A stretch of 64,000 bases of DNA from Spironucleus salmonicida (Eukaryota), in contig NC_090602.1 in NCBI RefSeq assembly GCF_000497125.1, forward strand, positions 1,426,001 to 1,490,000, written 5' to 3'. Within the stretch, counting starts at the first letter, position 1. Each line of letters starts with the position of its first letter. The notes under the pieces are model-generated. The model searched no databases. It was given only the letters and a program-made list of their open reading frames with translations, and was not told the origin of the DNA. The position numbers and the translations under genes are program-made. Below are positions 51,374 to 62,321 of this stretch, piece after piece.

Positions 51374-52666
51374 ATGGATTTAAATATATGTAGTTTAAAT
51401 CTTTAAGAACAAATATAATTATTAGCTAAGCAAAATATGTAGAATATGAATCCATAGGTAATATCATCAGACATATTTGAAATTATACGAGGATATTTAC
51501 AACAAAATTCAGAATAATAAGTTTTATTATCGTAAGATTTAAAAAGCTCGTTAGAACAAAGAATTTTATCTTAATTGTGCTACAACTTTAATACGTTTAT
51601 TGAGTTGTTAGCTTAATAAATTAAGTAGTTCAATAATAAGATTATTTAGAAATTAGTCTTTGATCCTACACTGATAAACTATTAATAGCTTGACTTTAAT
51701 GTTGACAAAACACTTTATAAAAATTATTTAAAGATAGATATAATAGAAAGTGCTTAAAAAATTTAACTAGATTCTATAAATAATTCTTCATTATAACATT
51801 ATGATTATTGCAGCATGATATCCAAACATTATTGGGTAGCTTAATAAAACTATTATGAAGTAGATTCTATTTTTAATATAAGTAGCCATAAATACTAAAA
51901 ATAATCTCTAAAGTTATTGTCAAAGTAACATCTTATATAAAAACTTTAACCATTATATAAAGTAAAACAACAAAAAATTATCGATCATGAAGTTTAATTA
52001 TTAATATAAGACGGTATATAATTTCCAGTAATATAATTATTAACGTCTGATCATAAATTCATAAATAATTCTGGGTAATATTGCCTAAATACACATACAA
52101 ACATGCCTCTATCATAATATCCAGTAATTTTAACTGAAGCATTATATTAAACAGAGTATCTTAAATAATTTAAGATAGTTAGGCGACAATTAATCTTATC
52201 ATACATATATCTGAATTAGTGTTAATAATGCAATACTTAAATAGACTCATATTTTAGGTAAAACTATTCGTAATTATTTTAGTTTTGTTAGCGATAATAA
52301 GGTAGTTTTGAAATTAATCCTTCATTCTTATTAGGAGTAGGAAGGGATCATTTAGCTGTTCCTGAATAGAGTTTGGCATTTTAATCATTAAAAACTAATC
52401 TAACTGTAATTTGTTCTGGGGGTTATTTAAGTGAACGTGACGTATTTGAAATTAATGAAGGATTATTATAACGAACTATACTTAATGCATTAAAAGTAAT
52501 ATAAAAACATGCTGAACACTGTGAATTTTGCAGTGCAAATATGAAATAATTTTGTTATTGTGGATAATAACTATTATGTTGTTCATAACATACGATAGTA
52601 TGTTAGTATTGTGGTAGTTATTAGTGCAAATCCTGTGGATCTACATGTTTCATTTGTCAAAAATGA
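51374..52666 (+). CDS. Hypothetical protein with C-terminal Cys-rich zinc-finger-like domain (430 aa)
   Basis: C-terminus HCEFC...FCYC...CCSQH...CQYC...CKSC...CFICQK*. Confidence 0.75.
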
Positions 52667-53771
52667 GTTAGCTACAATTTAATTTTTCATAGAATTTAAT
52701 TGTTTTTATGAAGTCTAACGCCTCTATTTGTATCATTTCTATATGGTCTAAATATCTGTAGTTTAAATAACTTATCACCTGATTATCCAATATATTACTA
52801 CCCTTAACACAATATTATTAGCAATTTAATGATTTAATATTAGAAAATAAAAAGTTAATATTTTAGAGATCATCATTAGTTATCAATTATAAAGGATTTC
52901 TTTAGTAAATTTAACCAAACTAAGTATTTACGTATGATAATTTATTTATCAATATTCCATCAACTAAATTTAAGCAACTTATTCTACAATTAACTAATGA
53001 AATTTATTCTAGACTATTTGATTCAATTTTTAATTATCCAACAAACTGTGAAACTTTCAATGATTTTAAGTTTTTAAAGTATTTAAAATTTATGTTTTAA
53101 ACTTGATTACAAGACTCTAGCTCTAAACTTTATAACAATACAAGTTAGCTGGCGTTTAGAATTGAACAATTTCTCAGAACTAGTATGTCTGTAAACTAAC
53201 AGAAGTATGGAATGTCAATTTGTGTCCCTGTTATCTATAATATTTCACAAATATGGGAATTAATTTATTGAAATATTGTTCTAGCTTAAATAACTAGCTT
53301 TGAACATTAAAATGATGCAACATCGAAAATTAAACTTTCCGTATGAATACTCAAAAACTGCACAAAATCACCAGCGAAGTCAAGTTCAGAAAGGGAGAAC
53401 TAGTGAGTTGTTCGTATTTCTAAATGTTCTAGAAATAATAGACTTTGAATATTAAAAAGTGGAGTCTAAGGTTTTACAAGTGTTAGTTTTTTTACTTATT
53501 AGACTAGAATTAAAGGCTAAAATGACGAAAAATTGACAATATTTAAGGTATTTGATCTGCAGAAGATAGCAGAAAACTACTTAAGGTTTTAAATTACATC
53601 ATTCATTACTTCTATTGGTTGATCATTTATTTCTTAAATAATATCGTTAATTATTGGTAATTTTAAGAAAAGCATAGTTTGTAATTTATTAAGGGTTTAC
53701 ACTGGTAACCGACCGTCTTGGAGATATAATTGAAAATGAAACCCGAATTCATCCCAAGAAAGCTATTTCAT
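52650..53771 (-). CDS. Leucine-rich-repeat-like protein (373 aa)
   Basis: MKQLSWDEFGFHFQLYLQ...; LxxLxL repeats (LQSLELESC, LKSLKVSQF, LEQISLVNC). Its 3' end overlaps the previous gene by 17 nt. Confidence 0.7.
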
Positions 53772-53831
53772 TTTTTATTCAATAAATTTTATTAATATAA
53801 TACTATAATTAATATATTTTTCAGCTCTTTA

Positions 53832-54941
53832 ATGTCAACTGAGGAATATTCCATGTTATCCTCTGATGGCTCTCAAGAAGTTATTAAAACAAAGACTAAA
53901 ACAAATACTAAAACAAAAACGGCCACAAAAGCAGCTCAGCCATAGGAATAATAAGTTTAAAACTAGACTTTCTAGGTGCATGAAATTGATAATCTTACCT
54001 CTGCCGGAATTGCTGCTGGTGATATTTCTCGTCTGAAAGAAGCTGGAATTTAAACAATTGAAGGCCTCTAAATGATGACCAAAAAGTAGCTTTCTGTGAT
54101 TAAGGGTATTTCCGAAGCGAAAGTAGATAAGCTTATTTCCGCTGCCATTTCTCTTCTCAGTAGAGATTAAATAGTGACTGCCGATGTTGTTTTGGCAAAA
54201 AGAGCCAACCTTTTACGTCTATCAACAGGTTCTAACGACCTTGATGCACTTCTAAAAGGAGGTATTGAATCAATGCAAATATGTGAAGTATTTGGTGAAT
54301 TTCGTTGTGGAAAATCATAACTTTGCCATACTTTAGCTGTTACAGGACAACATCCAAATATTGCTGGAAAGTAATAAGAAGGAGCATATAAAGTAGTATA
54401 TATTGATACAGAGTCAACATTTAGGCCTGAAAGAATTGATATGATTGCAACTCGATATGGGTTGGATCCAAAGTAGGTTCTTAAAAACATTTACGTTTCT
54501 AGGGTTTATAACCATGAGTAGCAAATGTAGGCTCTTTCGTTACTCCCTTAATTGTTAGTTAAGGATAAATTCAGTATTATTATTATTGATTCGATTACTG
54601 CTCTTTTTAGAGTTGATTTTTCGGGTAGAGGTGAGCTTGCTGATAGGTAGTAAAAGTTAGGTTAACATCTATCTCAGTTAATTAAACTATCTGAAGAGTT
54701 CAATCTCGTTGTCTTCATCACAAACTAGGTAATGTCAGACCCTTCAGGTGCTGTATTTGTTGCTAATTCGTCAAAACCAATTGGTGGCCACGTTTTAAGT
54801 CATGCATCAACAACCAGAATCAGCCTTAGAAAAGGCCGGGGCGAATGCAGAATTGCGAAAATCTACGATTCACCTAGCCTCCCTGAGGGAGAAGCTACTT
54901 TCCAAATTACTGATGGAGGAATTGATGATGCCCAAGAGTGA
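53832..54941 (+). CDS. DMC1: DMC1-type RecA/Rad51-family recombinase (369 aa)
   Basis: [94 protein letters not shown] and GGH are DMC1-type rather than RAD51-type. Confidence 0.93.
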
Positions 54942-54946
54942 AAATT

Positions 54947-56041
54947 TCATTTACTGTCCTCTTCCTTAATGATTGATAACTCTTCAACCGGTTTCTCAAA
55001 CTAGACTTAAAACAGCTAAATGTAAGTATTCCCAGTTGCAAAAATGAAGCCATCAATGAACTAAAGAAGAGGATATTTGTCTTAAAAAAGCTGCTAATCG
55101 TAATTTTTAATAAGCGATATTTTGTCCTCTTCAGTAGCTACAGTTAGCTGCTCTTAAAGTTGTAAGTCATCCCCACAGAGAGGGGTGAATTATAATAACT
55201 ACTTTTAATTATGGAAATCTATTATTATACAAGAGTTATTATTCATACTAATGCAAATTAAGGGAATGAGACCAAATTAAGTTGGTTAAGGGAATATTAT
55301 TGTATTTACAATAGGAAGACTACCAGGGAAACTATTTTTAACATCTAGATTCTCTGTTAACTGGATTAGGCTATCACTCTCAATGTAAAGGTAATCTAAC
55401 TTTCTAAAACCGTATATTATATTCGATAACTCCTGTACTGAATTTTATTTTATTGTAAAGTTTTTATTCAAAATGACTTTTATTAAAATGGAATCTTAGG
55501 CTATTAATAAAACATAATTTTAATAGTAAACCATTGTACCTTAGAATGTTTTATCTTTTACAATTATTTTTAAATGCTACATATCGTAGATTATTAAATT
55601 ATTTCCGATTAAAAATAAAATATTTGATAATTTGTCTATTACAACATCTGTATATTTACCTTATATATCATTAGTCTGTTATATTATTGAATTATCAATT
55701 TAATAAAAAGAAACTCCAAAATTATATTGTAGTAAAATAATAGTAGAGTCGTGAACTATAACTTTTTGTGGTTAAACAACACTAAGTATATTTAAAATTT
55801 CTAATTAGAAATTTATCAAGTACATTAAATTCATATCTGTAATAATAATAGCTTGTTAGTTCTTAATAAACTTAATTTAGATTATTTCTCCTTTTAACTA
55901 AACTTTTTATATAATATCATAGTTCGGTAAATGAATATGCACTAACTCTCCTGTTTCAGATCCAATAAGCATATTTTCTCTATGCTTTTCAAATGAAGTT
56001 ACATCAGAATCTGTAACTTTGATACATTTATATAATGTCAT
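54947..56041 (-). CDS. WD40-like beta-propeller protein (364 aa)
   Basis: MTLYKCIKVTDSDVTSF...NMLIGSETGELVHI...GFIFATGNTYIQLF. Confidence 0.68.
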
Positions 56042-56070
56042 TTTTACTTTAATTATTTAAATATAATATA

Positions 56071-57060
56071 TCAAATCATTTCTAATACTTTATAAACATG
56101 GTCGTTATCATCCGCCTGCTAATTAACAAAATCATCGCCTAAATTTACTAAACTACCTAAATTATCCTCTTTAATGCCAATATGATTAATAGATAGTGCA
56201 ATACATCCACAAATGACTAAAAATATGCCTACACCAAATAAAACACCTTAAACAACTGTTATTCCACTCAAATACTTAAAAAAGAATATACCGCTTAAAA
56301 TATTTAATAGTAGAGTTGATGTAAAGAAAATTGGTATAATAATCATATTATCATACTTGCTGTTAGCCCTTTATAAAAACTCGTTCATCAAAAGTAGAAA
56401 TATAATTAGAGCTCCTAAGCACGCCCAATACTCTATGTATATCATTTAATTATCACCGCCAAGTGTTTTCAGTGTCATCTATCCGATTATACTCCCGAAC
56501 ATTATTGTAAAAACACTTGTTATCCCAGGCATTATTCCAGCAGTAAAAGCATTTTTCCAAAAGATTGAAATAAAAAATAATAATATTATTATAACTATCA
56601 TCGAACCAAAGAACCATAAACCTTCATTTTTGAAAATTTCCCGTAGTTGCACAATACCGATTTAATCCATTTCCTGTACCTGAAGCCCAATTACAAAGCA
56701 AGCGCCGCAAACACAAAGAAAACACCCAATACCATCGTAAAGCGTGAATTTTTCGTGGAGAAGAAACCGTGCAAATACGCAGTTAAGGCCAATACCGACC
56801 GAACCTACAGGAAGCGTTACCGTGAGTGGAATGATTGCCAACGCAACGAAATCTAACACAACACCAAAGATGTATACAAACATTGCAAAGAACCATTTTG
56901 GATTTCTGCAGTAGTTGATCTTTTTGTTGAAATTTGAAGCTATTTCACGACTTTGGATCTGGCGTCGGTGTGCTAGGCGTTATAAGTTGAGCCCAAGATT
57001 TTGAAAGGTTGCTGATACGAGCTCAATAACGATTCCGAGTATGGAAATTGGCGCCAACAT
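56071..57060 (-). CDS. NIPA-family (DMT superfamily) Mg2+ transporter (329 aa)
   Basis: LGLNLQRLAH, YCRNPKWF, LDFVALAIIPLTVTLPVGSV, FARFLLHEK, multiple TM segments. Confidence 0.9.
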
Positions 57061-57116
57061 GAAGTTTGTTGGGGTCGTAACGGATAGTAAAGGATAGAAC
57101 TAATAAATCGATAATT

Positions 57117-57121
57117 AAAAA
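57117..57121 (-). terminator. Oligo-T Pol III terminator candidate
   Basis: TTTTT on the minus strand, 2 nt after the tRNA discriminator. Confidence 0.55.
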
Positions 57122-57123
57122 TT

Positions 57124-57197
57124 TACCCTATAAGGGACTCGAACCCTCAACCTCTAACTTAGAAGGCTAGCGCTCTATCCAATTGAGCTAATAGGGC
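57124..57197 (-). tRNA. tRNA-Arg, anticodon UCU, intronless
   Basis: GCCCTAT TAGCTCAATTGGATAGAGCG CTAGC-CTTCTAA-GTTAG AGGTT GAGGG-TTCGAGT-CCCTT ATAGGGT A. Full cloverleaf with GGTTCGA T-loop and a G1-U72 pair; CCA not encoded. Confidence 0.96.
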
Positions 57198-57481
57198 ATA
57201 GTTAAATATTTATACATTATATTAACTTATATTTTAATAAAACAATAATGAAACTTGATTTGGCTATAATCCATAAAATCAAATAAATACAGTATTGATC
57301 CATATATAATATTTAAAATATTATTACATAACTAAGAGCATCATATTAGATTGGTTACCTCATCAATTCAATTTTATTCAATAATCTCAGATTACCACCA
57401 TTTATATTATAGTAATTATTCAAATCAACAAATGTATTAGTAATTACATAAATCTGATAAACGCCTTAATAATACAAAATC

Positions 57482-60400
57482 TCACTAAAGTAATTTTTCT
57501 ATTTCTTTTACTATTGAACTAATGCGCCAGAAGTTCTTATCTTTCCCCTTAAGCAGTTTCGCTGCTTAATCTATCTCAATCGCCTAAAACATCCCTTTAT
57601 CGAATTCAACCTTTAAGCACAATTTAGATTTTATTTTAACCTAGAAATCACCACGCATTAAACCAACCACGCGAGCTTTATTAATTAAAAATTCTATATC
57701 TGAAAACTGGGACTGAGCTTTTTTCCCAGGATATTTAACGTAGAGTTATCCTATTGTTATAGAATCATAATAGGCTTCAACACATGCTATGAGTTCCAAA
57801 TTTTTAGTCAATTTGAACGAAAGTGGCATAGAAATATCTAATATTGGGGAGAACTCAGCCAAAGGTAGAAGATCCGGCAGATTAAATGGATGGATGCTTC
57901 TTAATAGAACCTGGGGTCTAATCTTTTCTTCGAATATATTCAGCTTTAAGTCGATTTCCTTGTAAACAATAAATTAGTTTTCAATATTATGTAAATTTGA
58001 AAATTTGTTTATATATGCTTTTTCCATGTAAGGAGTCTTTTCCATAAATTCTTAAATTTATTTGGTTTACTCCTTGCAATAATCTCTTAAATCTATTTAT
58101 TTAATATTATATCTATTTTATCTTAAAATATCAGTTGTACCTACATTTCTCAAATATAACCTGAGCAGTGATAAATGTAGCAATTCCATCTCTTATTAAG
58201 TTGGCTTGTTTGGTTTCGAAATAATGTTCAAGTCTAGACCTAGTATCTTAGCTAGTTAGAAATAAACTTTTTAACAGTCTTGATATTTTTAAGTTACCAG
58301 CTAATTCTTTTCACAAAATTTAACTTTTTCCTTCTCATTAAATCTTAGATACGCGCCAAAAGTAAATACTGCATCCATAAAATCACCTTTTCCTGTATTC
58401 ACTGGTAATTATCTAGTAATTCCTTCCATAACTCCAGATTGAATAACAGCCGCAGCCATAACATTTATTAACTAGTTAGTTATACTTATTAAAGTTGCCG
58501 CTGGTAAACTTACTGGAAAATCAGAAATTTTCTTACCAAATTTCGTCAAAAATGGTAATTTATTCTTTTCTACAATGGCGCCTAATTAAAGTAGTCTATC
58601 CAATGCTTTTGGTATTCGAGACCTATCGAAATCTTCAGGCCATACAAATCTTCTTGGATCAGGAACCCCAATTCTTAGCAGAAGTAAACATGTTTATTCG
58701 AGACCGATTCTTGCAATTTCGGGAACTTAGAACTCTCGCATTTAACCATATATTCCTGGAGAAATCAGTCGAAATGCGTGTCCTGGGCATGTTCTACCGG
58801 CTCTTCCGGCTCTTTACTATAAATTTGCCTTAGATGCATATATCTCTTACAATTAAACCACCTCATTCTCTTCGGTTTTTTCTTTAACCTTTGCAGAATC
58901 AATAACATATCGAACACTTGGAACTGTTATTGAAGATTCCGCTACATTTGTAGCCACTACAATTAATCGCTATGTTTTGTTATCAAAATTTTAATAAATT
59001 CTTTACTAAAGTTAGAGTGATAGTGCACCATACAGAGGCAGTATTATTACTTCTTTGGGAATTTAAAATCCATTTGGAGCACCAATTTCTGCTTTAAATT
59101 CACTCTAAAGAGTTTCAATTTGAATTTAAGCCTCCTAATCAATTTAACCATCAAATTCTATTATATTTAACTATTTATCACTGAGTTCTTCTTATTTATC
59201 AGGGAAAATCTATAAACTTGGCTTTAAAAACTAATAAAATTCATCTTCTTCGCTAGGAATATCATCATCAATTTATTACTTAACTGGTAAATCACTGTAA
59301 AGTGCATCTTCAAGTAATTCACAACATTTTTTCACCTCACTTTAACCAGTTAAAAAAATGAGAATCGCGCCTGGAGGGTACTTTCTGTGTACTTCAACTG
59401 TCTTATCTGCAGCAAACTAAACGATGTCCAAAGGAGTTTACTTTTCATAATGAACTGATATTGGAAATGTTTTTTTCTGAAGCTTAATAGTAAGTGCAGT
59501 TTTAAGGCCTGAATAATTGCTATGCTATAATGTTGCAGACATAATTATGAGTTTTAGTGGTGTTATTTTATACGTTGATTTATAAGAAGAATATGAGTAA
59601 GTTTGGTCATCTATTAAAGATGATGTAAATAAAGATCTACGCTATTAAACTATTTGTTATAAAATACCAAGACAGCAATCCATTTGCTGAGAACGTTCGT
59701 GAGCTTCGTCAAGAATTACGCAGCTTACGTCTGAAAGAAGTGCATCCTGTTTCAATATTTATAATAGCACTCCTTCGGTTAAATATAAAACCTTAGTTTC
59801 CTTATTAGTATTACTTTCATTTCGAACAGCATACGATATCTATCGATCGCTACCCCATTCTTATGCTACTCTAGATGCCAGTCCGATTGCAGCAATTCTT
59901 CTTGGTTAAGTTACAAGTATTTTACCAAAATAAGCCGGTCTTCCAACACCATACCCATGAGAAAGCAAATATTATGGTATCTATGTTGACTTTCCTGTAC
60001 CAGTAGCTGCTTATAAGATAAGTATATCTGTATTTTCCAGTGCCTCAAAAATTTCAAATGCTTTCTCTCCAACTGGTAACTCGGATGTGTGATCTTTGGG
60101 AATTGGAGCATCTTTTACGATGTGATATTTTTCTGCAAAGTCTGATATGATTGCCAATGGATCTGATATCGATGATTCCTACATCGATGGGGAAAGCAAT
60201 AAAGTTCCTTTATTCTAAACTATTTATGGTATTGAAACTTCCGCTAGTGGTAGCACAATTTCATCTAATATAAATTACTGTCCATCATACTAAATAGATT
60301 CGATTATTTGCGTTGCATCAGAGTCAGCTACAATGATCTATTTATATATTTTCTTCTTTTCCTACTCTGTAATAGAAATTCCAACCTTCTCTTTAAATGA

Positions 60401-60589
60401 AATTGTCTTCCTTTCAGTTGCCTTACTACTATCTTTTCTATTCGACTAAATCAATATATGCTACTACTCATTAATCTAATTAGTATTTTAACGAATCTGA
60501 GAAAATAAGTATTCTCGTTATTCTAAGGTTCTTTTACGTTTTAATTGTTAAGCTCTTAAAGCCTCTTTCTTAACTTTGTTTTTAGACAT
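57482..60589 (-). CDS. DHX37: DEAH-box RNA helicase, DHX37/Dhr1-like (1035 aa)
   Basis: TGTGKSTQIPQYL, TQPRRIAA, DEAHERS, IIMSATL, PPGAILIFLTGQ followed by a long acidic insert, VATNVAESSITVP, RAGRAGR; ends TAG TGA. Confidence 0.85.
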
Positions 60590-60713
60590 TTTTTTAGAAT
60601 GGAAAAGTAACTTATTTAATAAAAATATAATATCATAGATATAGAACTGATTTTCTTATAATTTGTATATTTTTTATATTAAATACAATTTTCTAATCCA
60701 GCCTTTTCGTAGA

Positions 60714-61757
60714 ATGCTTGTTGCTCTTACACTATCGACTTAAATTTTCACTGGTTAGAAACTTACAATCACATAAAGAGGGGTATTAAACTTTGGAGAG
60801 AATGTTCTTAAAGCAGCCCCTGATATCATTGCTCAGTTAAATATCAAAGATATTGAATAGGTTGTTGATCTTGGAATTACCAAAGTAAAGGCAAAATTCT
60901 CTGATATAAAACTATTAGATTTACAATATGAAACATTTGATGTAAATCTAGAGTAATAAATCTTGATATTAAACAATGCAAACTTAAATGGTTAACTTAC
61001 TTATGAGCTCAATTAACTCTCATTTCCATATTTAAGAATATAAGGCAGGGCAATTGTAGATGCAACAATGGATATTGTACTGAATGTTAAAATTTAAGTA
61101 GATGAGTCTAAGAAACTAACTTTTGATGTAATTTCTATTAAAATTAACATCAAATAATTAAATGCAGATTTTCAAAATGCATTTGTAAATGGGGTATTTA
61201 GATAATTTAAACCAATATTAACCAAAATAGTATAAGATTTTATTTTACCGTAATTGTTTAATATTTTAACTAATAATTTCAAGTTATTTTTAGAATAAGT
61301 TTAAAATTAATAAATCATATCCGGAGACTGTATCTTTGACTACAGATTTAATTCAATACTATTTGATTAAAGATATCTAACCTTTTAATTTCCTGGATTT
61401 TGTAACTAATAAATTGAGACATCTTTTATTCCAGATAATTACACCAATGATGATATAAATATGATCATTTCAAAATAAGTATTTGAATCTGTTATAAGAA
61501 ATTCTTTTGATATTAGAATTGGAAATGGAATTATATTGTAAAAAGACGAGTTTAAAACTTTATGTAAAATTTAAATTAAGCATGTGTTGGATATGAAATT
61601 TGGAACATCTAAACTAATACTGGAGTGTGATAAAACTCACCCACTTATCAACTAGTATAATAATAATGCCATATAGATTTTCAATATTATTAATGCTTCT
61701 TATGATAATATCATTTATTAACCAGATTACATAATAATAGTTTAAACTATTAATTGA
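60714..61757 (+). CDS. BPI/LBP-like (TULIP) secreted lipid-binding protein (347 aa)
   Basis: Short signal peptide, KLTITQRGVLNF, NIKDI...DLGITKVKAKFSDIKL, FPYLRIQG, DYRF, DINMIISKQVF. Confidence 0.75.
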
Positions 61758-61772
61758 ATGATTAATTATTTA

Positions 61773-62261
61773 TCAATATTCAAAATCAAAATAAGATAAA
61801 AAGCTATCAAAGACTAAATCATCAAATTCATAAAGTTCCTCAAATAAGTCATTAGTTAGCATATTTTCTAAAACTCTATCTAATTCTAGGTATTCTTATG
61901 TTTGGTCCATAAAATCAGCACTGTTAAGGCTATTTGAAGTGGAATATAACAGTTCGCTGTCCTATTGTTAAACTCTTTTATTATAATGTAATTTGAATTT
62001 TAATACCAATTCTTGTTTTGGTAATATACGTTACAATGCAAAAATCATATTGACCTCATTAATTTAAAATCCAATCGATATTATGTTAGTATCTTCTGGA
62101 CAAACACTAAGTAAAAATCCTTAGAAAATATAATCATAGTCAAACTACTAATATAAATTATTCAATATCATCAATAATTGATAAATATTTGTTTTAGCAT
62201 TATCTAGAGGAAACGGTTTAGTCATAAGATACTAGTTAATAACTTTTATTTAAATTGACAT
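61773..62261 (-). CDS. Hypothetical protein with acidic C-terminus (162 aa)
   Basis: MSIQIKVINQYLMTKPFP...FDSFLSYFDFEY*. Confidence 0.65.
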
Positions 62262-62321
62262 TTTATTATGTTTGTAATATATATCATATTTATGTATTAT
62301 AAATTTTCCTTTTCAAATTTA

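Noticed and set aside
53183-53202. GTATGTCTGTAAACTAACAG resembling a 20-nt spliceosomal intron
   Set aside because: It lies antisense to the uninterrupted LRR-like CDS, and the branch point directly abuts the AG, unlike the diplomonad introns I recall.
57124-57197. tRNA read as a CUA (amber/Gln) suppressor because the loop contains CTA
   Set aside because: The 7-nt loop CTTCTAA places TCT at positions 34-36, so it is tRNA-Arg(UCU).
1578-60111. Other short track ORFs (e.g. 1578, 5630, 9217, 10515, 19047, 24652, 38985, 43493, 45925, 54167, 56647, 58495, 59911)
   Set aside because: They are antisense or out-of-frame shadows lying within better supported code-6 genes.
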